A DNA stretch of 64,000 nucleotides from Veleropilina oligotropha (taxonomy: Eukaryota): assembly GCA_048128005.1 (NCBI GenBank), contig JBEUKZ010000008.1, forward strand, positions 558,001 through 622,000, read 5' to 3'. How positions within the stretch are numbered: the stretch's first letter is position 1; each line of letters begins with the position of its first letter. Under the pieces are notes generated by a model that ran no database searches, was not told the DNA's origin, and saw only the letters and a program-made list of their open reading frames with translations. This document shows positions 1-12,243 of the stretch, piece after piece. The position numbers and the translations under genes were made by a program.

Positions 1-640
1 ATGTAGTTGTATAACGGTTTGGAGTTGTTGTTGAGGAGGCATTCATCAATGATGTTGTTTATGTGTGTCCATTCAGCTTTACGAATAAATTTCTTAGTTT
101 CTCTTTGGAATTTTCTGTATTGAGTCCAGTTTTTAAATCGCTTTGCTTTTTTAAAGAGTCTTGCCTTGCGCTTGAGTTGGCGTTTGACATCTCTGGTGAT
201 CCAAGGTGCGGAATTTTTCGAAGTTTTCATCTTTGATGGTATGTTGGATTGAATGGCGTAAGACAGTTTCGATTTGAAGGTATCACAGAGTTGGTGTACG
301 CTTGCGTTGTTTCTAAAGAGATGAACAATATGTGATGAAATGTCAGCGATGTCAGTCTTCAGTTGGTCCTAGTTTGCCTTGGAGAATATAAAGCATCGTC
401 TATAGGCTTTTGCTTGTCCGCGATGACAATGTCATGGTCCGATATACCTGGGGCATTAGCAGTTGATTTTATTAACGAAAGATTGGAAGTGAAGATGAGG
501 TCAAGTAGGTTGTTTTCCCGGGTAGGCTTGTCGTGCACTTGCGTGAGGTTGTAGTCAGTGGACAGGTCTAGAAGGACCTGTTGAAGAATCCAGAGATTCA
601 ATACTTGTCTCAGAAGGATTCTTCGAATTCGCTGGTCAAG
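1..640 (-). mobile_element. Degenerate non-LTR retrotransposon (CR1/L2-type LINE) ORF2 fragment, end of the APE endonuclease domain
   Basis: ORF 359..652 contains PTRENNLLDLIFTS and GISDHDIV, typical APE C-terminal motifs of LINE ORF2. The downstream sequence is frameshifted. Confidence 0.75.
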
Positions 641-649
641 CAGAATCTG

Positions 650-912
650 CAATGAAGAACTGTGGAAGCGAACAATACGACAACCTGCAGGAGAAGTGAA
701 CCCTCAAAGACGATGGAGATGGATCGTCCATACGCCCCGTAAGCCTGCATCGTCTAAGGAAAACATGGCGCCTGGACCGGGAGGCAGACATGAAGAGGAC
801 AGACCGCACTTGAAGACAACTGGAGCGACTGGTTCATGACCGAGATGGCTGGAGACCAATTGTTGGCGGCTTATGTCCAGTCCGGGCCAACAGGCGGAGA
901 TGAGATGATGAG
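650..912 (+). mobile_element. RTE-type LINE 3' end fragment
   Basis: Broken translation RKTWR...DMK...QLERLVHDRDGWRPIVGGLC resembles RTE ORF C-termini and is followed by a short (GAT)n-like tail at ~898-912. Confidence 0.6.
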
Positions 913-1344
913 ATTTGCACACATAATTTTGTTTTTTCCAATGTGGCATAGGAATCCACGATGACTCCAATGTTTCGCACTGCATTCCTGCATATCGCCT
1001 GGTAACCACCAATTTCCGATGTTGGACAGTTAATGAGTTTTGACAGATTCTTTCAATTAAATGACAATAAATTTATTTTTGTGTTTACATCAACGCATCC
1101 ACGTAAGCACCAAGTTTACACAGGATTCCTTTTGATTGACGGTTGCTTCAATTTTCCTAGATTTCATATGGCAGAGTGTTCTTTGTCATCTGAACATAAA
1201 TGATGGCTGGTTTCAAACTCACGTATGAGGCGATCAGTATCAAGGTGAGCATTTAGCCTATTATGACATCACTAACATGAGTGCGTTAGAATCTCGGTTA
1301 GGTCAATGACCCGGTGTAACATCTATAGATTTCCAATAGGCCAC

Positions 1345-1580
1345 TTCGACAGTCGTGTGGTATCGGTTGTGGACTCCGAAACAAATTTACTGAATTCCAC
1401 TGAAGCAAACAGTAATGGGTTCAAACCTCGGCAGTGACATCACACATTTGTTCAAGTTACCAATCACAGTTGTCCGTCACTGGCAGGAGAGAGCGAGTTG
1501 CCCCCGGCGACCGGGCTTTCCCCAGCGATAATATCGACATGTCCTGGTTTGAACCTAAAGGTTGAAAATATACAGGACCC
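1345..1580 (+). mobile_element. SINE family copy (tRNA-derived, recurrent in the window)
   Basis: The core tcacagttgtccg...ggcgaccgggctttcc...gataatatcgacatgtcc...atacaggac recurs at ~31845-32095, ~36020-36143, ~36410-36495 and inverted at ~37710-37950, ~39099-39225, ~39581-39670 and ~44515-44730. Confidence 0.65.
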
Positions 1581-2329
1581 AATCGATCTTATGCGAAAGT
1601 AGAGTTCCATATTATAGGACAACTGTGTTTGATTGTCTTGGTTGTCTATTGCAAACGATATTGGGAAATCCATATATGACGATGTTTATTTACATTACCA
1701 TTTAATGTAAAATGTGAAGAATTGCGTAGCTTATTACTTGTTAATATTGAAGACTATGGTCCGCATCATATATATAAAGAGAAGCGGGCGATCATCTCTT
1801 AATTGTCTCCGTTCACTTATCATCTATGTACCCGACTGTTCAAAACCCCGGATAAGCTATAGGGATAAAATATTATCCAGTGGTTAGTCTGTAGCTCAAA
1901 ATTTTTTAATCCGTGGATAGGTTATCCACTGGATAAATTTTATCAACAGGTAATGGGTGGGTTAAATCATGATCCACTGGATAGTAACTAATAGTCCATG
2001 AGCTAGGTACCGAAGTCCTGCACCCCCCCCCCCCATGATCCTCCGAGAGTGGTATCATTTTGTTCATGGGATTCATACGAATGAAAATAGACATTTCCCA
2101 TCTATGGGCCATTTCAAAATGGCCGTAATCGAAAAATGACAATTACAAAAAAGCACAATATTTTGCTGTTTTCCATAAAACAAGTTACGTGTTAGGGATT
2201 AATAATAAAGATATATGCTTAGAAGTGTGTATAAACATGTTGACATCTCGTTTAGATGTTAAACGAGAAAAATCTCATGGTCGCCAACACTAGCTTCCAG
2301 AAAAGAGAAGGGAAGCGATGGACGAACAT

Positions 2330-3943
2330 CGGTCCATGTGGGAACAAATTTCAGCTTGACTGCATGTATACTAGACAATAAGAAATGGCGAAACAACATA
2401 CTAAATGCTGAAGCATATAACACCTTCGCAAGCACGAGTCTGACTACCGAGCAGTTTCTGCCAACGTCAGACTAAGCTTGAGACCCAAAGGGAAGACTCC
2501 GCCCATTATAGCCAGGTACAACTGGAAACAGCTAAGCATGAATCAGATCCTCCAGGAACAATACACTGTAGAAGTCAGAAATCGAATCAGCGTCTTGCAA
2601 ACCGCTGAAGAGATTGCCACTGATAAGGTATCAGAGGTTTATAGACGTCAACAATGAAACACCAGAATGCCATGTGCCGAAGATAAAAAAGACCAAGAAA
2701 ACCCAACCCTGGGCCATTAGGGTGGAAGCAGCTAGAGAACACGCCAAGGCTGTCTGCAGCACATATCACCAACACGAGACGGAAACATCTTGGATTGACC
2801 CTGAAACGAGGTCTTGGGGTCTTACCCTAGGTTTATCCGGGAGAGGGAATTCTTTGTGGTATAATATACCGCCATTGATCATATTTCAGATGAGATTGTA
2901 TTGTTAACATTTTTGTCCAACCTCTGATGTATATGGTAGCTTCGTTTACTAGACTAAATCATCAAGCTGGATCTCGCACAATCCAAAAAAGATCTGGAGG
3001 AAGCCTAAAATCTTGTTACTGAGGAGGTACTGCGCCAAAAAATCAAGGAAGTTGATGCTGCACACATTAACAGCAAGCATGGCCAGGGATGGAAACTGGT
3101 GGATGATATCTGTGGGAGAAAAGCAACACAGAAAGGACAGATTGCTGGAAACACCCAACATGAAAGGCTGCAGAGCTGGCTCAAGCATTTCACAGGCTTG
3201 CTGGCAAATCCTCCAAACCTGGACAATGAGGACAAAGATATCCCTCCCATCCTTTCAGAAGGTCCATTTGACCTCCAAGAATATGTCAAAGCGAAGAGAG
3301 CACCAGAAATACTGAAGAAGTGTGACCTGGACAGCATCATACTAGATTTTTGCAATAATGCTCTGGCGAACCATCATACCCCCGATCAATTGTCCAAACA
3401 CCTCATCATCCCAATACCCAAAACCGGTGATCTGAGTCTGGGCAGCAACTACCGAGGCACCAGTATAAGCTCGATAGTAGCTAAGATCTACAACAAGATT
3501 ATACAGAACATAGTCAGACCGAAGCTGGACCCATACCTGGTGCCAAACCAGAACGGGTTCCGAGCCGGTAGAACAAATGTCAGCCAAATCCTTGCACTTA
3601 GAAGAATCATCAAAGATTACAACCTACCAGCTGTGATGACCTTCATAGACTTAAAAAAGAGTCGAAGAATCAGCTAAGCAGATCACGCTGGAAATGAATG
3701 TAACGAAAACAAAATAGTATTTCATACAACCACACCAGGCAAGTAAGAGTAACGACTGACAGTGGGTCACAACTGGAGGTGGTCAGGGACTTAAAATACT
3801 TCGGATCATGAATAGACAACACCGGGTCCGATGTAAAGTGTAGAAAATCCATGGCCTGGAAAGCCTGTAACAAGCTGACGATATGTGGAAGTCTGACCTC
3901 TTTAGGGCTATCAAGATCAGTCTGGTGGCATCAACAGTGGAGT
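2330..3943 (+). mobile_element. Degenerate RTE-type LINE (reverse transcriptase region), 5' part; interrupted by the DIRS/Ngaro-like element
   Basis: ORF 3099..3677 has RT motifs IIPIPKTGDL, NYRG, QNGFRAGR, TFIDLKK. Downstream are LKYFGS and KSMAWKACNKL, ending at STVE (~3943). The left boundary is approximate. Confidence 0.8.
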
Positions 3944-6011
3944 TCTACAACGTCCTGAATTGATGACTGTAACCGTAGCCAAGTTATCACAATTTATCAA
4001 AATTCTCATACCACGCCATTTCGAGCACCACAGTTTAACAGCGACAACTATTGTCAATAATTCAAGCGAATTTATGTGATGATCGTCTGTTAAGATAAAT
4101 TCTGGAAAAGTACAATGCTCCACAACCAGTTAAACACGCGTCTGCTGCAAACACTCGATCTGGAACAGACCACACATGCTGGGGTATGATTGACACTCCA
4201 TTATAAATTCGCAAAAATGTTTGCCACCATAACAAGTCTTTACGAAATTGCTGATTAATTCGAAATCTGTGATGAGGCTTAATTAATCCAGATAACATAG
4301 TCAACAGACGAGATATAAAAAGCCTACCCGGCTGAACACATTTGGCAACAAATTGTAATTTACCAATGAGCGACTGGAGCTGACGCTTCGTCGCTTTAGT
4401 TTTATTCAACCACTGTTCAAGTAAACATAATATTTCTTTCACACGAGAATCAGTGACCTCCATTGTCATTTTCTCAGAATCAAACATGATTCCTAAAAAT
4501 TCCATTCTAGTAGTCGGCGATATTGCCTTATCAGGTGCTTCCTGTAAACCGACACTACACAGCGTATCACGTAAACAGTCAAATGCTACGTTAGCGGTCT
4601 CCGATGTCTCAACTCCAGCAAAATCGTCAATATAATTGCACATATCGTACCCAGCTTTTGAACATATGTAGACTACACTGGAAGTAACTCTCTGACACAT
4701 CATTGCGGCAGTGCGTAGTCCCATAGCTAACACCGTATCTACAAAAAGTTTTCCCCGCCAAGTATATCCCAGTAGATGATAATCGCCTGGATCTACTGGT
4801 AATTGTCTATATGCCCGACGAAGGTCTCTTTTGTATAGCATACTACCGCGACCTTTAGCTACAATCATGGCAGCATATGTGTCCACAGATGGATATACCA
4901 AGTTAAATGGGTTACCCAGGTACGAGTCTGAGGGGATTCCATCGTTTACCGAGCAGTTCTCGGGGAAGCTTAAATCCAGTATAACTCGCCTTTCAGTTAG
5001 AACAGATTTAGGAACTGAATTTAGGGGGGATAACATAAGTGGGCAATTAAAGGGGTTTTCGTCAAATGGTCCCATTACACCACACAATTCAATTTCCTTT
5101 ATTAGATAATCATCAATATGTTTTGCAAAGTTTATCGCTCCGCTATGATTTTGCTTACTGCACACAGGTAAGCTCGCTGACGAATAGCCAATAGGCCAGC
5201 CGAACTGTAAGAAATCCACTATAGATCTGTCATTATAATCACACAATGCACTACGCAAATATGGTATATTCAGTTTTGAAGGTACACTTAGTCTACATCC
5301 CAGGTAATTGGGCACACCACTCAAACGAATAGCATCGTGCATATAAATCAACGATTTCGTATCACCACGCTGTTTTGGTGGCCATTGTGGGTGTTCAGTT
5401 ACAAAACGCGGTAAAGTTTTACTAATATCTATACACGAAAAGTGAGGCGTCCAAATAGGTACCTGTTCATTTTTGGATATTATAAATCCAGCACTACTTG
5501 TAATCGAAAGGTCATGATGTTCGACACATGAATCACGCGCATTAGCCAATAAATTTCCTTCTGACGTCGCGCTGTCGGAGAACGCACTTGAACGAAATTC
5601 GACAGACGCACTGGCTTCCGAGCCCGAATCTGTTGACACACTGGCCTCGTCGGCCGAATCACTTGCACGTAAATCGACAGAAACACTGGCTTCAGACGCC
5701 GAATCTGTTGACACACTGGCCTCACCGGCCGAATCACTTGCACGAAAATCGACAGACACACTGGCTTCAGACGCCGAATCTGTTGACACACTGGCCTCAT
5801 CGGCCGAATCACTTGCACGAAAATCGACAGAAACACCGACTTCAGACGACGAATCTGTAGACACACTGGCCACACCGGCCGACTCACTTGCACGAAATTC
5901 AACAGAAACACTGGCTTCAGACACCGAATCTGTAGACATACTGGCCACACCGGCCGAATCACCGTCTTCACGGTCGTAAACGCTTTTATAACACTCGTAT
6001 GAGTCAGTATT
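3944..6011 (-). pseudogene. RT-RNase H (ORF2) of the DIRS/Ngaro-like element; frameshift near 4110, truncated inside RNase H
   Basis: Motifs RRVILDLSFP, DLRRAYRQLPV, LAMGLR, YIDDF, LQSLIGKLQF and ADAC. RNase H continues in ORF 3917..4123 (HINSLELL...CDN). Confidence 0.85.
5586..5961 (-). repeat. 75-bp coding tandem repeat (~5 units, 25 aa, Ser/Ala/Asp-rich) at the ORF2 N-terminus
   Basis: Unit ASVSTDSASEASVSVDFRASDSAGE; equivalent positions at 5641 and 5716. Confidence 0.9.
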
Positions 6012-7833
6012 CTATGGAGTACTGTTGACGCCAACTAACGATTATCGCGTTCTCGCTCCCTCGACCTAAACGCGAGGGAGCGAGGGAGCGAAAGTACGAA
6101 GCGAGGGAGCGAGAACGCGAGGGAGCGATGGAGCGAGAACGCGAAAGTACGAAGCGAGGGAGCGAAAACGCGAAACGAGGGAGCGAGAATACGAAGCGAG
6201 GGAGCGAAAGTACTCTCGCTCTCTCGCTTCGTATTATTGCTCCCTCGCTTCGTATTCTCGCTCCTTCGACCTAAACGCGAAGGAGCGAGGGAGCGAAAAT
6301 ACGAAGCGAGTGAGCGAGAACGCGACAGTACGAAGCGAGGGAGCGAGATTACATTCGCTCCCTCGCTTCGTACTTTCGCATTCTCGCTTCGTACTTTCGC
6401 TGCCTCGCGTTCTCGCTCTTTCGCGTTTGAAAATCAAACAAACCAGTGATATCGTGCGCATGCGCGAGAAATCGTGATTAAATGATCATGGCAGAAAATG
6501 TCTTGAGAGTAGCTCTAGTTTAGCGTCAAACAGCAAATATAGCAAGCGTCCACTATTAGACTATTAAATTGTTCAAGGAAAATTCAAGTAATTATACAAC
6601 CTAACTCATTCTGTTTATTTATGTTGTCATAGGCATGGCTGTATTATAACCATCATTCAATAAAAGTGCGTAGGCCAAAAGGGAATTAAAGTATAAAAGC
6701 ACAATTTATTATAGCATTAATGCAAATGACTAATTTAAATTGTATTTATTTCCAATTATTTTATATTTTATTCATGTTGCCACACGAAAAGGCCCCTGCA
6801 ACCAGATTTGATAACACAAACCGAGTGATATAACGCAAAAGTGCACAATAATTTAAAATATATGACTTTAATAACCAAATACACCCGTTTTTAATATAAG
6901 AAAGTAGTCCCCCGTGGTATAACTGAAAATATGGGCAGTTAGACCACGGGCCAAGACAATAGAATGACGTCACAAAAATGGTTTAATATATTTTTTTCTA
7001 CGATACATTGATGACTCCATGTCAGAGCGATAATGTTATTATCCGGTATTCGAAGAGACGTTGCGTTGTGTTGCCAAGCCTGGTGAATCTAATTTAATTC
7101 GCGTAATTGAGGACTGCTCTTACAAAACTATATCCTGTGCGGTAAGGTTGCCGTACATGAAATAGTGCGCCGCAGACAGTTTCCAAACCCGCACCAACAA
7201 GTGCGGCTCAGCGGCAGTGCTCCGGCACGGTTATTGAGGAGTGAGCCGCTAGCGGCACTGTCTTCAACACATTTGCCGCTAGCGGCTCGGGATCAGTATG
7301 CTGTTGATTGGTCAAAATATTTCAGTCAAATAGCAGACGGTTGTGCAGGCATATTGCATCATGCAGTACTCTGTTTGCTGTTCAGCTAAATTTAACTGTT
7401 TTTGGATTATCTAAATTCATTATAAGTATGATATTATGATGGGTAAAGGTGTTATCTTCAGATAAGAGCTGAAATATTTGGTATTCACTTTCGCGTTCTC
7501 GCTCCCTCGCTTCGTACTTTCGCGTTCTCGCTCCCTCGCTTCGTATTTTCGCTCCCTCGCTCTTTCGCGTTTAGGTCGAAGGAGCGAGAATACGAAGCGA
7601 GAGAGCGAGAATACGAAGCGAGGGAGCGAGAGTACTTTCGCTTCCTCGCTTCGTATTCTCGCTCCCTCGCTTCGTATTCTCGCTCCCGCGCTTCGTACTT
7701 TCGCGTTCTCGCTCCCTCGCTCCCTCGCGTTCTCGCTCCCTCGCTTCGTACTTTCGCTCCCTCGCTCCCTCGCGTTTAGGTCGAGGGAGCGAGAACGCGA
7801 TAATCGTTAGTTGGCGTCAACAGTACTCCATAG
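6012..7833. mobile_element. Non-autonomous foldback/TIR DNA element with CTATGG termini and a 4-bp TSD (TATT)
   Basis: Left end CTATGGAGTACTGTTGACGCCAACTAACG and right end its reverse complement. TATT at 6008-6011 and 7834-7837. Both arms (~6012-6425, ~7490-7833) are built of GCGAGGGAGCGA-type subrepeats. Confidence 0.9.
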
Positions 7834-7918
7834 TATTCATATAACCACCGTGCTGGGATGAAACAACGAATGATTTACGCACACGTGACATCCGACTTTT
7901 TCGATTACGTTTTCCCCG

Positions 7919-9001
7919 TCAAGCTTTATTTATCGTGGAACGCAGGGGGCAGTCACCTGTTTCCGCGTGATATCGAACGAGGCCTTCCTTCAGATAACAT
8001 GACGCGCATATGTGTTCGACTGTTCGCCTTTGACCGGCTACGATCTTATCATGCGGGCTCGTTAGTTTGCATTTATCCGATTGATAGGCTTTGCAAAACC
8101 ACTTTCTGTCCTTGGGGACACCACTCCGACGAGAAGTCGTTCCGGCAGTCGATACCAATGGCAACGGGTTATGATAAAGCGTACTCGCTTCAATCGCGAG
8201 GAAAGTTTCTCTACCACCCCAGCTTCGCTCGCCTCGTTCAACTTCCAATAAGCAAGTCGAATGGAGGTTAAGACAAGCCTGCCATTCGTATACCTTGCTG
8301 TGGTAACACAATGCGATCAACAATTCGATTCGACCTTTTCTTTCGTCTTCGGTGACATTAGGCGCATTAACAATTGCTAATTCTCCAGCTAACAAGAGTG
8401 GTAAATCCAAATCTTTGTATTTAACTTGTTGACTTGATAATTGATATCGGAGTTTGGTATGAGGCCATGTCAATTGTTTCTGCACATTGTCTGTTAATTT
8501 CAACTCTTGACCAGATTTAAGCGGCTTATCTAAATCGGTCTTACCTGAAGTCGAATTGTCACTGCTCGGCACTGCAGGCGTTCTGTGCACTATCCCTTGA
8601 GCGGCATTTTCCGTTAATGTTGCTGACAATCGTTGTTCCTCTGCCGATACAAGGTTTTCCATATTGCGTAGATCGCTCACTGTTGATGTAGATTGGGAAG
8701 CATTACTCGAGACCTGTTGTTGCGTATGATCCTTCGATAACGTCTCCGCGGACAGCTTAGATTTGAGAACTGCGATGGCTTCTCGTTTCTCCTTTAATTT
8801 GATCAACTTTTGCAACTTTTCCTCCTCCTTGTTGAGTTCTTCAAGTTGCTGGTCTAAGTCTAATTCTTCATTGACAGTTTCTGATATTGTCGCGGTTGCA
8901 TCCGTATCCGACATTTCATTTAAATATGTTTCAGTTTCTTTAAGTCCCGTTTCATTCAACGTTTTGTAATTCACCCTATTACGATTACTTCGGGTATACA
9001 T
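7919..9001 (-). CDS. Gag-like ORF1 of the DIRS/Ngaro-like element
   Basis: Open ~360 aa with an N-terminal coiled coil and C-terminal Cys/His clusters (CKAYQSDKC...PH, HICASC...H...CP). It lies directly upstream of RT ORF2. Confidence 0.75.
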   Translation of the reverse strand: MYTRSNRNRVNYKTLNETGLKETETYLNEMSDTDATATISETVNEELDLDQQLEELNKEEEKLQKLIKLKEKREAIAVLKSKLSAETLSKDHTQQQVSSNASQSTSTVSDLRNMENLVSAEEQRLSATLTENAAQGIVHRTPAVPSSDNSTSGKTDLDKPLKSGQELKLTDNVQKQLTWPHTKLRYQLSSQQVKYKDLDLPLLLAGELAIVNAPNVTEDERKGRIELLIALCYHSKVYEWQACLNLHSTCLLEVERGERSWGGRETFLAIEASTLYHNPLPLVSTAGTTSRRSGVPKDRKWFCKAYQSDKCKLTSPHDKIVAGQRRTVEHICASCYLKEGLVRYHAETGDCPLRSTINKA

Positions 9002-9316
9002 CAAATCGTTATTTTACATCGTGAGTTGTAACTCTACAGGATGCTGCACTGTCGCTAAAAGTCAAATCTATCCATAGTTGACATCCACGTATGTGGATAC
9101 AGTTACAAGGCCAGTGAGGGTAACCATGGTAATGACCAAAGTTAACGACCCGTGGCCGGAAACATGGACCGTCTTGAGTGTCTGTCAAGACTTAGGTAAA
9201 CAATAAACCTATTGTTTATTGACGAACACTGATGAACTGCGCTGCGGAAGCCGGCCAGTAATTACAAATTTTTATGGTAAAAATGATTAGATGTGAGGCG
9301 TGAACATTTACCTAAC

Positions 9317-9475
9317 AGCTGAAGCAACAACTGGATGGCTGTTATACGAGAATACTCAGAACAGTATACATTGGGCATTCACTGGTCACAACGCCTGACC
9401 AATGAGGCTGAAGTTATCTGAGCATTGCATAAGACGGGAAGATGAAAGCGTCTCCAAGTTAGTACTGTGGATTAC
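9317..9475 (+). mobile_element. RTE-type LINE, continuation after the DIRS/Ngaro-like insertion
   Basis: Translates LKQQLDGCYTRILRTV, the segment that follows ...TVES in RTE ORF2. Confidence 0.65.
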
Positions 9476-9618
9476 AACACACTCAATGTACACATTTCAG
9501 CCAATGCAATATTACTACGCTCCATAATTATGTTAGAACGTGTCACCAAAATTAAAAGCAAAGTTGTACAGCTTGTTTATTTATAAATTGAGATATGCCT
9601 ATATGATAAATATAATAT

Positions 9619-9745
9619 CACATTCGTGGTCATTTAATATCACATTTATGAAACTCGTTTTTCCTACTTTCATCGGTGAAACATCAGAAAATATGAAAAA
9701 TAATTAACTCGTTCATAAATGTGATATTAAATGGCCACCCATGTG
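9619..9745. repeat. Imperfect palindrome (hairpin-type non-autonomous repeat)
   Basis: catttaatatcacatttatgaa pairs with ttcataaatgtgatattaaatg. Confidence 0.7.
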
Positions 9746-10162
9746 AGATACCTCTATATTTACATTTACCAATCATGAAAGTATCAAAGAAATCCTCGCT
9801 ACAACGACACAAATAAGTGCATGAGGGGAGCTAACATAAGTTCAGTATTAACATAATCACAAAACTGCAGCAACTGCTCGTTTATACCTAATATTGCTTA
9901 TTATACGAAAGCAAATCCAAAATAGGTAATGAGTTGCTGGATTTATTTATCAATGTAGGCTAAATGTTTTCGCACAGAGCTGCAAATCGTTGTCATGCTA
10001 AAATAAATCTATAAAATAGACACTGTGTTATGACGTTGTATTTATAATGCACATTTGTCGGCTACGAGACCACGAACAACATGTCGAATGTACCCACAAC
10101 ACCTACGACGAGAAACGCGACGTACGATGCTAATAATTATTATTTTTGGCCAGATATTATAA

Positions 10163-10306
10163 CTTACATAGTTTGTTAGTGACCGAATACGGATTTTACC
10201 GGGGTCAGTGGAAATTTCATATTGGGCGAGGCGATAGCCGAGCCCAATATGAAATTTCCACTGACCCCGGTAAAATCCATATTCGGTCACTAACAAACTA
10301 TGTAAG
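10163..10306. repeat. Near-perfect 144-bp palindrome (65-bp arms, one mismatch, 14-nt loop)
   Basis: Arms 10163-10227 and 10242-10306; centre cgaggcgatagccgag. Confidence 0.95.
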
Positions 10307-10699
10307 GTATTTATCCTGTCGACAACCTGCAAATATATTATTACGTAATATTTGGAGAAACGAAAATAAGTATATATATTGTTAATAACGTAACAAAATG
10401 TATTGGAAATAAAGTAACAAATTTAATCTTAACAATACCGTAATAATAGTTATATGCCACAATACTACAACGTAATAATTATGTATTATGATGTACATTA
10501 TATAGCAACATAATACAAAAATATCATATCAAAACACCCATTGCGACAATTGGTGTAGCTCTGCAAAATCTGTCCAATGACGTGGCGAGTACGGGTGGCG
10601 CGAAAACGCGGTCACTCGACATTTTACGTTGACGTGATATGAAACGTAGGCACTAGATATGGTTATTTTACATGGTCAGCACGTGACGTGATGTAACCA

Positions 10700-11571
10700 A
10701 TGAATGGACTAGAATGTTGTCGGAGGCAGGATAAATTATATTTATCGGTTTCTTTTTTCTTCTGTGTGGTAATAGCTATTGGAAACGTAATGACGATCAT
10801 TGTTATCTGCAAACAAGAGATTTTGCGAACGGTTTCAAATAAATTTATTTTGAACCTTGCTGTGACAGATCTACTACTCTAGTTTGCATTAACGGTGCAT
10901 TTTAAGTGGTTCATTTTACTGGTCTTGGATATAACTTCTCGTGGTTGTTGGTATATCCGCTCTGGAACATGTCTTGTGTCCTGTCGTTGACCAGCCTGGG
11001 TCTGATTGCAGCTGATCGCTTCTTGTACATATATCGGCCATTGCATTACCACCTGTTAATGACACCAACAAGAGCAAATGTCATCATTGTGACTTCGTGG
11101 ATTATTAGCTTTGTATTTTTTTCTGCAGAATTGATATGGAGCTATTGGAATGTACCAGTAATTTTCTGCACTTTCGTGTCGCCAATGTGGATGAAAGAGA
11201 CGACGTTTTGCGTTTTTCTCACTTTAAGTGTCATGGTGATTATTTTCTACGGACTACTTACACGCATCGCTATAAGACAAAGAAGACGTGTTATCGATTC
11301 AACCAATGGATTTAGGCAAAGGGCATTGTCGAATTTCAGGTTTCTGAAAGTCATTTTGCCCGTTGTGATGTTTTCTGCGATATACTTGGTACCATACCTG
11401 ATATAAAAAGGAATCGAAGTAATCACCGCATCTAAATATTTGAACAATATTTCTTGGACTTACTTCGGAATTTTATATTATTTAAATTCTGCTGTAAACT
11501 TCTTCATATAGGCCGCCAGAGACAAAGATTTCTACAACGCATACAAGCTATTACTTTCCTGTCGTCTCTAA
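10700..11571 (+). pseudogene. Intronless rhodopsin-family (class A) GPCR pseudogene
   Basis: TM1 GN, TM2 NLAVTD, TM3 IAADRF..I.RPLHY, TM7 NSAVNFFI*. Stops at 10880, 11404 and 11509, plus a frameshift between 10882 and 10906. Confidence 0.85.
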
Positions 11572-12115
11572 TATAAATACCATACCCCCAGAACGTACCA
11601 GAACTTCTTACATATGACTCCATGGAGATGCATTCCTTGTGCTTATAGGACTTGAATTAGGCAAAAGTATCAAGGTCAACGCTGATATTTGAAATGATAT
11701 TCCAGGAAATTGTTAAGTTCCGAACTTAGCGATTCATTATACTTCGCCTCAGTTCCAAAGAGGAGGAATCAAGAATCATAAAAATTTGAATATAGCAAAA
11801 ACCAATGGGTGAGATGACATTTCATCATATGTCTTGGGGTGTTCCATTCGAGATCCAATACATTTTATTATGTTAATAACTTCTTTGTCTTTGCAGATGA
11901 TAGAAATATATATTTTAGTCATAAAGATGTAAAGGGAATGGTCAATATCGTGAACAATGATGATGATGATGATGAATATTATCTAGTGAATATTAGCATT
12001 GTCGTAAACGTATCCAAGATGGTTGTTGTTTTTTGACGTCTTAATAACTTACTGTGTTGATTTTAAACTCCAAGATAATTTATCTACGACGATCCGGATC
12101 CCTGAGATCGTGCTC

Positions 12116-12231
12116 TATGTAGTAGATAATACCCTGACAACTGCAAAGATATCAGCCATAATCACCCGAGCGGAAGCGAGGGGATCATGAAGAAATCGCG
12201 CAAAGGTGTCAGGGTATTATCTGTCATATAT
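12116..12231. repeat. Imperfect palindrome with ccgagcggaagcgagg centre
   Basis: agataataccctgaca pairs with tgtcagggtattatct; the centre resembles that of the 10163-10306 palindrome. Confidence 0.65.
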
Positions 12232-12243
12232 ACCAAGGCAATA

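Larger units (their letters stand above)
3944..9316 (-). mobile_element. DIRS/Ngaro-like tyrosine-recombinase retrotransposon, 3'-truncated (no recombinase ORF present)
   Basis: A gag-like ORF1 and an RT/RNase H ORF2 of DIRS-class type lie between two colinear halves of an RTE LINE. Boundaries are approximate. Confidence 0.75.

Noticed and set aside
6234..7810. Arg/Ser-rich ORFs in the foldback arms
   Set aside because: Translations of TIR subrepeats; no coding signature.
10042..10385. Similar peptides on both strands (HSLLVTEYGFYRGQWKFHIG)
   Set aside because: An artefact of the DNA palindrome.
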